In this document: piece after piece, positions 9,070 to 18,403 of the stretch
How the letters are laid out: each line of letters begins with the position of its first letter
Position numbering within the stretch: the stretch's first letter is position 1
From: Candidatus Bathyarchaeia archaeon
GTDB lineage: Archaea; Thermoproteota; Bathyarchaeia; Bathyarchaeales; Bathycorpusculaceae
NCBI GenBank assembly: GCA_038883715.1
Contig: JAVZLS010000007.1
Coordinates: 1 to 64,000 of the forward strand
Length of the DNA stretch: 64,000 bases
Direction: 5' to 3'
Program-made: the position numbers and the translations under genes
The notes under the pieces: model-generated
Told to the model about the DNA's origin: nothing
The model's input: only the letters and a program-made list of their open reading frames with translations
Databases searched by the model: none

Positions 9070-10103
9070 ATCGCCCACATCCAACCGCTTATGGCACTCC
9101 TGATTTTAATATATATGCAATAAACTTCTAAAATATGCCTTTTATACATCCATTTTCTTAGCTTAACACCCAGTAATAGATTTAGGCCGTAGGCACGTCT
9201 CCAAAGTTTTTCAAATAGCATCATATCATTTTCTGCTATTGCCTGAGCGGCTAGTTCTCCGCCCAAAAGCGCGTAGGGTATGCCTTCTCCATTTATAGGA
9301 TTAACATGTCCTGCCGCATCGCCTATAAGCACCCAATTTGGCCCGGCAACATGACTAAAAAGAGTGCCAGTTTCTTTTACATTTGGAATTAAAGCAGCCC
9401 ATTTCGAAATGATTTTGGTATTAGGACGATTTCTTTTGATGAACAAATCGAGCTCTTTTCTTAGATTTTTGGAATGCGTAGCTTCTGAGCAACCTATCCC
9501 GACGCATGTGTTATCTTTTCTTGGTATTATCCAAATGTAACCTTTTCTGTGGGGAAGAAAATGAAAAGAAATATCCTCGTTTTCAAGATTTTCCACGTAA
9601 TATCCACAACATACGCCTTTATCCGCATTTCTAAATGGGGTGGTGACCTTTTTTTTAACTATGCTGTTAACACCATCTGCACCCACTAACTTTTTAACTG
9701 GATAAATGCTTTTGGCAGTTATTATGTTCCATAATTTCCCTTTTCTCTGAACGTCTACAACCTTTTCCCTTTTAAGCTCAGCACCCTTATCCAAAGCCAT
9801 AGTCAGTAAATATTGGTCGAATTTTAATCTTGACACGCATATGGCTTCACTTTTCTTTAGGTTGACGGAAATTCTCCGTCCGTAAGGGGATACAAGGTAA
9901 ATCACTCTCCTTTTAATGGGATCTATGGGAAGTTTTCTTAAAAATGGGAAAAGCTCTTGGGCTAATGGCGATATTAATCCGCCACATGGTTTTTCTCTTG
10001 GATGCGAGTGATCAAATATGGTTGGGTATATGCCGTTTTCTGCAAGTTTGTACGCACAATAGGCTCCTGCTGGTCCTCCACCTACAATTCCTACTTCAAT
10101 CAT
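9066..10103 (-). CDS. Geranylgeranyl reductase family FAD oxidoreductase
   Basis: GGGPAG, KPCGG, GADG, GYIWIIP, GDAAGHVNPINGEGI motifs. Confidence 0.88.
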   Translation of the reverse strand: MIEVGIVGGGPAGAYCAYKLAENGIYPTIFDHSHPREKPCGGLISPLAQELFPFLRKLPIDPIKRRVIYLVSPYGRRISVNLKKSEAICVSRLKFDQYLLTMALDKGAELKREKVVDVQRKGKLWNIITAKSIYPVKKLVGADGVNSIVKKKVTTPFRNADKGVCCGYYVENLENEDISFHFLPHRKGYIWIIPRKDNTCVGIGCSEATHSKNLRKELDLFIKRNRPNTKIISKWAALIPNVKETGTLFSHVAGPNWVLIGDAAGHVNPINGEGIPYALLGGELAAQAIAENDMMLFEKLWRRAYGLNLLLGVKLRKWMYKRHILEVYCIYIKIRSAISGWMWAI

Positions 10104-10425
10104 TTCCAATCTTGTCTTGTATTAATCCTACTACTGTGTTGTAGCATGTTTCTATGTATGTTTTTCCTTTCTCTGTTATGGCGTATACTTTTCTTATGCG
10201 TTTTCCTTTTTGTTGTTTTTGGCTTGTTATTAGGCCTTTGTTTTCAAGCTTTTTTAGTAGTGGGTATAGGGCTCCGTGGCGTATTTTTAGCCCAGAGAAG
10301 GCTTCTATTTTCTTTTTTATTTTGTATCCCCATGCCGGCTCTTTGTTTATTAGTGCTAATATTTGGATGTCTAGTAGGTTTTTGGTTATGTGTTGAACAA
10401 TTTCTTTTTTGAGGTTTTCTTCCAT
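10096..10425 (-). CDS. PadR family regulator
   Basis: WGYKI, GALYPLLKKLE, RKVYAITEKG. Confidence 0.88.
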   Translation of the reverse strand: MEENLKKEIVQHITKNLLDIQILALINKEPAWGYKIKKKIEAFSGLKIRHGALYPLLKKLENKGLITSQKQQKGKRIRKVYAITEKGKTYIETCYNTVVGLIQDKIGND

Positions 10426-10590
10426 TTTGTTTTGCCTTTTTATGTTCTGTTTTTGACTTATTCTTGTTGGGTTTATATGGATTATGCATGTTTTGGAATA
10501 GCGTTTTGTTATGCCTTTGTTATGCTTTTTTATGTTTGTGGTAGGTGTGAACCTTTATATTTTTGTTTATGCTTTATAGAGTCTTGAGAT

Positions 10591-11076
10591 ATGTCTAAAA
10601 GTGGACATATCGTATTCGTGTCTAACAGAAATACAGGAAAGGTGGGAAAAGCCGTGGTGAACAGCTCGAAAGAGGTCCAAGTTAAACTTATGAAGGGCCT
10701 CCTAGACCTGATAGTGCTTCAGTTTTTAAGCTCTCAACCCATGCACGGCTATCAGATAATAACCAAGATCCGCAAAAACTTCGGTGTATACTTTGGCCCA
10801 AGCACAATTTACCCGCTTTTAAACGCCTTGGAAAAGAGCGGCTATGTCAAAAGTGAATGGGACATGTCAAACGAACGCCCCAGAAAAGTTTACAAGCTTA
10901 CGGCTGAGGGGCAAAACCTCCTGAACTTTACAGAGGATTCGCTTAACTTCATTTGCAAAAAGATTGGCGCCGCTGGAGTTCCGAAGGGACCAACCATAGG
11001 CGAGGACTTGACACAGCCAGCTTTGCACTCTCTCTTAAAGAGGGTGGAGAAGCATAACCACGGATTCAGCTTCTAA
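10591..11076 (+). CDS. PadR family regulator (true start probably GTG near 10654)
   Basis: MHGYQI, STIYPLLNALE, RKVYKLTAEG. Confidence 0.88.
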   Translation: MSKSGHIVFVSNRNTGKVGKAVVNSSKEVQVKLMKGLLDLIVLQFLSSQPMHGYQIITKIRKNFGVYFGPSTIYPLLNALEKSGYVKSEWDMSNERPRKVYKLTAEGQNLLNFTEDSLNFICKKIGAAGVPKGPTIGEDLTQPALHSLLKRVEKHNHGFSF

Positions 11077-11175
11077 AACCAGCCTAATGGGCTTTGCTTG
11101 CGGAAGGGAGAAGGCCCGGAAAATCAAGTAGCCAGCTAGCGCACTTTTTATTTTTCACGCACTCTTTTAGTTTTT

Positions 11176-12501
11176 GTGATGCTTGTGAAGGCTGACATCC
11201 TGATTTATGGATGCACAGTTTTACCTATGAAGGACGGCGGCGTAGACGCTATTGAGGATGGTGCCATAGCCATAAAGGATGAGGAGATAGTTTTTGTCGG
11301 AAAACGGGAGTCGGCGGTTGGCATTTCCGCAGATGAAAAGATAAACGCGAAAGGTAAAGCTGCACTGCCAGGGTTGATAAATTGTCACACTCATGTGGCC
11401 ATGGCTCTTTTTAGGGGGTTGGCCGAAGACAAACCTTTGGACGTATGGCTGCGGGAGACGATATGGCCTTTGGAGGCTAAGTTGACGCGGGACGATGTTT
11501 ATGTTGGGGCCCTTTTGGGCTGTTTGGAAATGCTGAAAAGTGGGACCACATGCTTTGCAGACATGTATTTCTATGAGGATGCGGTTGCCAAGGCTGTTTT
11601 TGAAAGCGGTTTAAGGGCTGTTTTGGCTGAAGGCATCATTGAAGCTGGGGATAAGGCACGAGGCGAGAAGATGCTAAACGCTAGCGTCAACTTCGCAAAG
11701 TCCTTTAATGGATATGCAGATGGAAGAGTGAAAACAATGCTTGGGCCTCATGCGGCTTACAGTTGCAGCCCAGAGCTGCTTGCCGAAGCTAGGGATAAAG
11801 CCCAAGAGCTTGGGATTGGCGTTCATATTCACTTAGCTGAGTCGGCGGAACTGTTCAAGGAATATGAGGAAAAGTACGGCTGTGGCGAAGTTGAATTCTT
11901 GGACAGACTTGGATTTTTTGGCGTTCATGTCCTATCGGCCCACTGCATTAACTTAACCGAGAAGGATATGCACATGTTGGCGAGGCGCAACGTGAACGTC
12001 GTTTATGTGCCAGTGGCCAACATGAAGCTTGGGTTAAACGCCGCAAAAGCCAAAGAACTCATAGAGTTAGGGGTTAATACTGCGCTGGGGACCGATGGGC
12101 CGGCAAGTAATAATTCCCTTGACATGTTTGAGACTATGAAGTTTGGGGCTTTGCTCCAAAAATTCGTTTATAAGAAGCCCGAAGTCTTATCCGCCTATGA
12201 AGTTTTGAAGATGGCAACAATAAATGGGGCCAAGGCGCTAGGGCTGGAAAAGATTGTAGGCTCGTTAGAGGTTGGGAAGAAGGCGGACATAATCCTTATA
12301 GACCTTTCGAAACCTCATTTGAGGCCGCTGCACAACATTTATTCGGGCATATTGTATTCAGCCAAAGGGAGCGACGTGGACACGGTAATAGTTGACGGCA
12401 AAATCCTAGTGGAGAATAGAATTGTCAAAACGTTAGATGAGCACACGGTTGTTGAAAAAGCTGAAAAGCATGCTTTTGAGTTGCTGTCACGTAATCTTTA
12501 A
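11176..12501 (+). CDS. mtaD: Amidohydrolase, MTA/SAH (5'-deoxyadenosine) deaminase-like
   Basis: PGLINCHTH, HIHLAES, LGTDGPASNN. Confidence 0.8.
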   Translation: MMLVKADILIYGCTVLPMKDGGVDAIEDGAIAIKDEEIVFVGKRESAVGISADEKINAKGKAALPGLINCHTHVAMALFRGLAEDKPLDVWLRETIWPLEAKLTRDDVYVGALLGCLEMLKSGTTCFADMYFYEDAVAKAVFESGLRAVLAEGIIEAGDKARGEKMLNASVNFAKSFNGYADGRVKTMLGPHAAYSCSPELLAEARDKAQELGIGVHIHLAESAELFKEYEEKYGCGEVEFLDRLGFFGVHVLSAHCINLTEKDMHMLARRNVNVVYVPVANMKLGLNAAKAKELIELGVNTALGTDGPASNNSLDMFETMKFGALLQKFVYKKPEVLSAYEVLKMATINGAKALGLEKIVGSLEVGKKADIILIDLSKPHLRPLHNIYSGILYSAKGSDVDTVIVDGKILVENRIVKTLDEHTVVEKAEKHAFELLSRNL

Positions 12502-12544
12502 GTAACAGCCAACAAACTGTGTCTATTTCACTAAGGAATAGGAA

Positions 12545-13501
12545 ATGGCGCCGATAATCCGCATAGTGAATCTCACAAAAAAGTTCGGCAATTTCACGGC
12601 AGTCGACCATCTAAACCTTGAGGTAGAAGAAGGCGAAATTCTCGGAATCCTTGGACCTAATGGGGCTGGGAAGACGACAACTTTGCTCATGCTCACAACC
12701 GTTATCAAGCCGACTGAGGGAACAGCATACATTGGATCTTATGACGTTACTAAAGAGCCGGATAAGGCCAGAACTCTCGTGGGGATGGCTTTCCAAGAGC
12801 CTAAGCTTTTGTGGGTTGACTCGCCTTGGGACATACTAAACTGGCACGCTAAGGTTTGTGGTTTATCACCGGACGAGCGTAGGAAGAGGGTGAGGTGGGC
12901 TCTTGAGGAGCTTGAGCTTTGGAACGACCGTTTCAAGAGCGTGCATGCCTTTTCTGGTGGCATGCGGAAGCGGGTGGAAATAGCCAAAATCCTGATTCAG
13001 AGACCTAAAATTGCCATTGTTGATGAACCGACCGCCCAAATAGATGTTGTGGGCAAGCATAGGATATGGAACATGCTACGGGACCTTAGAGATGAGGGTT
13101 CCACGATACTTTTGGCGACAAATGAGCTTTACGAGGCTGATGTGCTCTCGGACAGGGTGGCAATAATGCATAAAGGCAAACTGCTTGTCTGCGACGAGCC
13201 TAAAAAGTTGAAGGACAGCATACCCGGCGGAGACGTTGTGGAAATAACCCTTGAAAAGGACGCTTCGGAGAAGGTTCTTGAAAAGTTGAAGGAGGTTCCG
13301 CGGGTTGTCAATGTTTTGGCGATAAAGCAGAACCACTTGAAAATCTACTTGAATCAGGCTGAGGAGGTTTTGCCGAAAATCACAGAGTTCTTTATGAAGA
13401 TGCATGTACAGGTTAGGTCTATACGTATGAGTGAGCCCTCGCTGGACGACGTTTTCGCGCATTATACTGGCTTAACTATTGAAGAGGCCCAGAGGGAATG
13501 A
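12545..13501 (+). CDS. ABC-2 exporter ATP-binding subunit (DrrA-like)
   Basis: GPNGAGKTT, FSGGM, DEPT. Confidence 0.92.
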   Translation: MAPIIRIVNLTKKFGNFTAVDHLNLEVEEGEILGILGPNGAGKTTTLLMLTTVIKPTEGTAYIGSYDVTKEPDKARTLVGMAFQEPKLLWVDSPWDILNWHAKVCGLSPDERRKRVRWALEELELWNDRFKSVHAFSGGMRKRVEIAKILIQRPKIAIVDEPTAQIDVVGKHRIWNMLRDLRDEGSTILLATNELYEADVLSDRVAIMHKGKLLVCDEPKKLKDSIPGGDVVEITLEKDASEKVLEKLKEVPRVVNVLAIKQNHLKIYLNQAEEVLPKITEFFMKMHVQVRSIRMSEPSLDDVFAHYTGLTIEEAQRE

Positions 13502-14283
13502 TAAGCCTTCGAAAGGTCTGGATTGTCGCTGAAAGAGACATCAAGATGTTTTTACGTTACAAGTTTCTGCTAATAATGCGCGCCATATGGTTTGTTTCAC
13601 AAATAGCCCTCTTCGGCTTGGTTGTAAACCACATGTTTCGAGTTGACGTCCAAGCCGCTGTTGGAGGAAGCTACTTCAACTATTACGCTGCGGGAATAAT
13701 CATAACAATGCTTTATTCAACCACCGTCTTCATAGGTTATGACATTTACGAGGAGGCAGACCACGGCGTCATAGAATATTTGCTGAGCGTTCCTGTTTCA
13801 AGGAAAGAACTTGTTTTGGGCAGATCTATTGGAGGCGGCTTAAGAAGCTTCTTGTACGTCGGACCTATGATGCTTTTTATCCTCTACCTAATTGGAGTTT
13901 CAAACCTCCTTCAGCTTCTTGTGGCTTTACTATCCCTTTTTCTGTTTGCTTTTGGTGTGGCTGGCTTCAGCATCACTTTGGCTGTTAGCATAAAGTCTTC
14001 TGACCGGTTTGACATTTTGATGGGCGTCATTGACGCCTTAATAGTTAGGTTAAGCACAACGCTTTATCCAATAGCTTATATGCCACAATACTATCAAGGC
14101 ATTGCCTTAGTTAACCCATTAACATTTGCTGCCGACTTTTTCAGGTGGGGTGCCGGGCTAGAGTCAGCTGCTTCTGTCCCGCCTTTGTTGGCGGCTTTCG
14201 GCATAGTTGCCTTCTTCTCCATATTCACTTTTTTGGGCATTTTTTTGCATGAGCGTAGATTGGAGGGTGGAGGTTGGCAATAA
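13498..14283 (+). CDS. ABC-2 exporter permease
   Basis: Six TM segments, NPLT motif, follows the ATPase. Confidence 0.88.
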   Translation: MISLRKVWIVAERDIKMFLRYKFLLIMRAIWFVSQIALFGLVVNHMFRVDVQAAVGGSYFNYYAAGIIITMLYSTTVFIGYDIYEEADHGVIEYLLSVPVSRKELVLGRSIGGGLRSFLYVGPMMLFILYLIGVSNLLQLLVALLSLFLFAFGVAGFSITLAVSIKSSDRFDILMGVIDALIVRLSTTLYPIAYMPQYYQGIALVNPLTFAADFFRWGAGLESAASVPPLLAAFGIVAFFSIFTFLGIFLHERRLEGGGWQ

Positions 14284-15047
14284 AACCTATACTAACCATT
14301 GTGGAGAGGGATTTCAAGTACTTCTTCCGTTACAAGTGGTGGGTTGCCGGGATGGTCAGCATGAACCTCGCAGACCTCTTCATAATGGCAATAGTCTACA
14401 CGAGAATGGTTAAGCCGGACGTAATAACAGACTACTTTGTTTTCTTTGCTCCAGGCTTAACGATTACAGCGCTTTTTGCCGCAGCCTTCATGATTGGGCG
14501 AGAAATAAACATGGAGGTTAGACGTGAAATCTCCCATTACATGTTGAGCTTGCCAATAAAGCGGTGGGAGCTAGCTGTTGGAAGAGTTTTAGCTGGAGGT
14601 TTAAGAGGAGTAATTTATATGGCACCTCTTTTAGCCACAACGCTTGGCATAACCTACCTTTACACAGGAGTTTTTCCAGCATCGGTTGAGCTTCTAACAA
14701 TCTTAGTGGCTTTGTTTATGGTTTCTTTGGGAACTTCTGGCTTAAGCATAGCTTTAGCCGTTTCAACAACAAGCTTTGAGAAGTACATCACAGCCAGAGG
14801 CGTAGTTTATTATTTGCTTTTCTTCTGCAGCACCGTCTTCTATCCCATTGGGCTTATAGAGCGGGCACTTCCCCAGTTGACGCTGTTAGCCCGTTATAAT
14901 CCCCTAAGCTGCGGCGCAGACCTCTCAAGGGCGTTTCTTTTGGGGAACCCATCGTTTGCGCCCTACATGATTATTGACATAGCCCTTTATGCGCTGATTT
15001 TCTCATCGCTCGCTATGTTTGCGTATATGAAGGTGACTCAAAAGTAG
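14274..15047 (+). CDS. ABC-2 exporter permease
   Basis: Paralog of the previous gene, NPLS motif. Confidence 0.88.
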   Translation: MAIKPILTIVERDFKYFFRYKWWVAGMVSMNLADLFIMAIVYTRMVKPDVITDYFVFFAPGLTITALFAAAFMIGREINMEVRREISHYMLSLPIKRWELAVGRVLAGGLRGVIYMAPLLATTLGITYLYTGVFPASVELLTILVALFMVSLGTSGLSIALAVSTTSFEKYITARGVVYYLLFFCSTVFYPIGLIERALPQLTLLARYNPLSCGADLSRAFLLGNPSFAPYMIIDIALYALIFSSLAMFAYMKVTQK

Positions 15048-15115
15048 CCATAGCTAACATGGTTAAATTTATGAATATGAACCACGTATTTACTTCCTTC
15101 CATCATTAAACTGTC

Positions 15116-16504
15116 TTGAAGGCCAAATTTATGAGCGGAGTAGACGCCATCTTCGAGCCATCAAGCGTCGTTCTAATAGGCTCCAGTAAACTGCGGGAAA
15201 AGGTGGGCTTAAGTTCCCCTCAACTTTTCAAAAGCGTAATACACAACATGAAGAAGTTTTTCAAAGGAGAAGTCTACATAAGAGACATTGACGGAGAAAA
15301 GAGGCAAGATATAGAAGCGCTGCCAAAAGTTCCAGAACTTGCTGTCATTATGCTTCCTCCAGAAAAGTCAATAGCTGAGGCGGAAAAATGTGCGGAAATG
15401 GGCGTTGAAGCCTTCATTATGATTACTGGCGGGTATAAGGACGAGCAGCGGCAGAAGCTATTGAAGCTTAAGGAGAAGTACGGCGTTAGAATTTTGGGAC
15501 CAAACACTGTTATGGGCGTTATAAACACGGCTAATGGATTGAACACAACTTTTGAGAAGGACGTGATGCCCAAAAGAGGTAACATAGCGGTAATTTCTCA
15601 AAGCGGTGGAGTTGGTGCATGCCTCCTCGATTGGGCTTGCTACTACAGGATTGGTATAAGCAAGTTCGCCTTCATGGGAGACAAAATAGATGTGGACGAC
15701 ATTGACTTATTGCGTTATCTTGTCAAAGACAAAGAAACAAGGGTCCTATGCCTATACATGGAAGGCATCAAAAACGGCAGAAAATTCATAGAAGAAGCAA
15801 GAAAAATTGTTGTTAAAAAGCCGATTCTAACCTTAAAAGGCGGAATAACCCAAGAATCAGCCCACAGAGCCAAGTCCCACACGGCTTCAATGGCTGGCTC
15901 AGACGAAATTTTCAACGCCGCATTCAAAAAAGCTGGAATAATAAGGGTTGAAGACCCTGAAGAGCTTATGAACGCGGCCATAGCCCTGTCAAAACAGCCC
16001 CCAATGTTTGGCGACAACATAGCCATAGTAAGCAATGTTGGCGGACCAGCCATATTGGCAGCTGACGCTGTTGCAAGAAACAATCTAAAACTTGCGAGAC
16101 TTTCAGATGGCACTAAAAGGAAGATTGAAAGCCTTTATTCAGGGGTGGACGCCACCAATCCAATTGACATGATAGCCGACGCAAGAGCAGACAGATACGA
16201 GAAAGTACTGGAACTTGTTTTAGCGGACAAAAACGTCGACGGAGTTTTGGTTATAAACATGCTTAAGTCATGCTTCTTTGAGCCGGAAGACGCAAAAGTT
16301 ATCCCAAAAGTTACAGCAAAACACCCTAACAAGCCAGTTGTGGACGTGGCAGCCGGGGGCGAAGACTTCGAACTTGTTTATAAGGTCATTGGCGAAAGCA
16401 ACATACCCATCTACAACCTTCCAGAAAAGGGAGTTAAAGTTCTAAAAATCCTAAGAACTTATGGTAAAATCCTTGAGAGACTAGGCAAGGCTCCAAAAAA
16501 CTAG
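15116..16504 (+). CDS. acdA: ADP-forming acyl-CoA synthetase alpha subunit
   Basis: RILGPN, SQSGG, SHTASMAG phospho-His motif, NPID. Confidence 0.85.
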   Translation: MKAKFMSGVDAIFEPSSVVLIGSSKLREKVGLSSPQLFKSVIHNMKKFFKGEVYIRDIDGEKRQDIEALPKVPELAVIMLPPEKSIAEAEKCAEMGVEAFIMITGGYKDEQRQKLLKLKEKYGVRILGPNTVMGVINTANGLNTTFEKDVMPKRGNIAVISQSGGVGACLLDWACYYRIGISKFAFMGDKIDVDDIDLLRYLVKDKETRVLCLYMEGIKNGRKFIEEARKIVVKKPILTLKGGITQESAHRAKSHTASMAGSDEIFNAAFKKAGIIRVEDPEELMNAAIALSKQPPMFGDNIAIVSNVGGPAILAADAVARNNLKLARLSDGTKRKIESLYSGVDATNPIDMIADARADRYEKVLELVLADKNVDGVLVINMLKSCFFEPEDAKVIPKVTAKHPNKPVVDVAAGGEDFELVYKVIGESNIPIYNLPEKGVKVLKILRTYGKILERLGKAPKN

Positions 16505-16620
16505 AGAGAGGCATTGTATTTGTGGCTGTTTTCCAAGGACAAATATGACCTTGCCCGCCGAAATTCTAGAGGGGGCTATCAATTTTGCAACTGGTCACTA
16601 GCAGCAAAATTGACGTTTAA
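16501..16620. repeat. Dispersed modular palindromic repeat, copy 2
   Basis: Two ctagag-headed units: gtatttgt-N15-acaaatat (16516-16546) and tcaattttgc-N15-gcaaaattga (16579-16613). Confidence 0.7.
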
Positions 16621-16684
16621 ATAGGCCTTAAACTATATTTCACACAAGTTACAATTTTGTTCTGACGAGCCTAGCGGTGAAAAA

Positions 16685-18403
16685 TTGACTCAAAGCGGCG
16701 GACAACCAGCTGAAAACATAGAAAAGCATATTACAACATTCTGTAGACGTGTTGCCAACTCTTGTCCAATCACAAGCATTTGCCTATGTGGCGGTGCCTC
16801 GCTTGAAACTCTCAAAAAGAGGGTGGCATTAGAAGTTCTGCTCATAATCAACGGTTTTCAGCCAAAATTGATGAATTATGTTAAATTCTTCCACAACAAA
16901 TCGATAATCGTTTATGCAGTTGATAAATGGGTTTTTGAAAAGGATGTGGAGCGAGGCTTCCTCGGCGAAGCCCTAGCCGTCCAACTTGTTTTCCCATACA
17001 CGCCACTATTGAACGGTGAATATTTGAAGGCTGAAGAGCTTAAACTAAAAAAGCGCCTTATACTCGAGGCTTTAGAAAACCTTGTCATAGACTTTCCAGA
17101 ATTATGCTATGAAATCTACATTAAACCAGAATACTTCATGTACGAAGCCATACACAGCAGAGCGAAGATTTTCCCACCAATCCGTTATATGCTGGCAAAC
17201 TTTCAACGAGAAAATAATGAAAAGGAAAATTTGCAAACCGCCATGGAAGGTTTCCTCCAAGCATTAGAAATTGTGGAAAAAGAAAATGCAGTTACACATA
17301 CAAATGGCTACGTAAAAATTTCAAAAGATTTTGCCGATGCTGTAAAAAACCGAAAAATTCGTTTCACAAACCTCCTAAAAACTGCGCAGAAAACTCTATT
17401 TATGTCCCTTTTAGGGACTTTCCCCAAAATCTTTACGGCTTTAATGCAGAACAAGGACCTACTTCAAAGACTTAAAAATTTTAACTTGGAAACGTTGAAA
17501 GGCTCGTATCACATTGAAGACTCAAAGAGATATTTGTTTGTTCCAACCGTCAACGGGTTAACTCCTTTAGCCGCTGGGATAAGCATTGAGGAGTCAGCAA
17601 AGAGGATTCTATCAGTAAACAAAGACGCGAGCGTCACCATCGAAGAGATTGGCGGCGTTTTTAATGAGATATATCTAGTCAAGGTGCACGCAGACGGACA
17701 AGAGCATAAGGTTGCGGTTAAAACCTTCAAAGACTGGTCGAATTTAAAATGGCTTCCAATAAACATATGGGCTTTTGGAACAAGAACCTTCGCCCTTCTC
17801 GGACAATCAAGACTTGAAAGGGAATGCACCACAAACCAGTTCCTATATAAAAAAGGCTTTTCTGTTCCAAAGCTCCTAGCTATAGACCATAAAAAAAGGC
17901 TTGTCTTTATGGAATACATCAAGGGGGAAAGTCTAGAAAAAATCATTAGGGAAGCCGTAAACGCGAAAAATGAAAGGGAGATCAGAGAGGAATATTTGAA
18001 AATATTGCAGAAGGTTGGCGAGACATTCGCCCGTATCCACGCTTTAAATGTGACTTTGGGAGACACTAAACCGGAAAACATCTTGGTGGGCAAAGAAGGC
18101 GAAATTTACCTCCTAGATTTGGAGCAAGCCTCAAAAGGCGGTGACAAGGCATGGGATATAGCCGAATTTCTTTATTATGCTGGACATTACATGCCACTAT
18201 TTGCGGGCTCTTATTTAGCAGAGCTTATAGCCAAAGCTTTTATTAAGGGCTACTTAAAGGCTGGCGGAGACGTAAAAGCGGTGAAGGATGCTGGAAAAGC
18301 GAAATACACCAAAGTTTTCAGCGTTTTTGTGTTTCCCCACATAATTTTTGCGATATCAAATATTTGTAAAAGAGCGGATGAGCTGAGGTTAATAGATGGT
18401 TAA
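16685..18403 (+). CDS. Protein-kinase-like (Bud32/RIO-like) C-terminal domain with long N-terminal extension
   Basis: VAVK, MEYIKG, GDTKPENIL, LLDLEQ. Confidence 0.75.
   Translation: MTQSGGQPAENIEKHITTFCRRVANSCPITSICLCGGASLETLKKRVALEVLLIINGFQPKLMNYVKFFHNKSIIVYAVDKWVFEKDVERGFLGEALAVQLVFPYTPLLNGEYLKAEELKLKKRLILEALENLVIDFPELCYEIYIKPEYFMYEAIHSRAKIFPPIRYMLANFQRENNEKENLQTAMEGFLQALEIVEKENAVTHTNGYVKISKDFADAVKNRKIRFTNLLKTAQKTLFMSLLGTFPKIFTALMQNKDLLQRLKNFNLETLKGSYHIEDSKRYLFVPTVNGLTPLAAGISIEESAKRILSVNKDASVTIEEIGGVFNEIYLVKVHADGQEHKVAVKTFKDWSNLKWLPINIWAFGTRTFALLGQSRLERECTTNQFLYKKGFSVPKLLAIDHKKRLVFMEYIKGESLEKIIREAVNAKNEREIREEYLKILQKVGETFARIHALNVTLGDTKPENILVGKEGEIYLLDLEQASKGGDKAWDIAEFLYYAGHYMPLFAGSYLAELIAKAFIKGYLKAGGDVKAVKDAGKAKYTKVFSVFVFPHIIFAISNICKRADELRLIDG

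Noticed and set aside
11088-11155. Hairpin gggcttt...aaggccc as a riboswitch or ncRNA before the deaminase
   Set aside because: No recognisable aptamer; a hairpin plus T-run is adequately explained as a terminator
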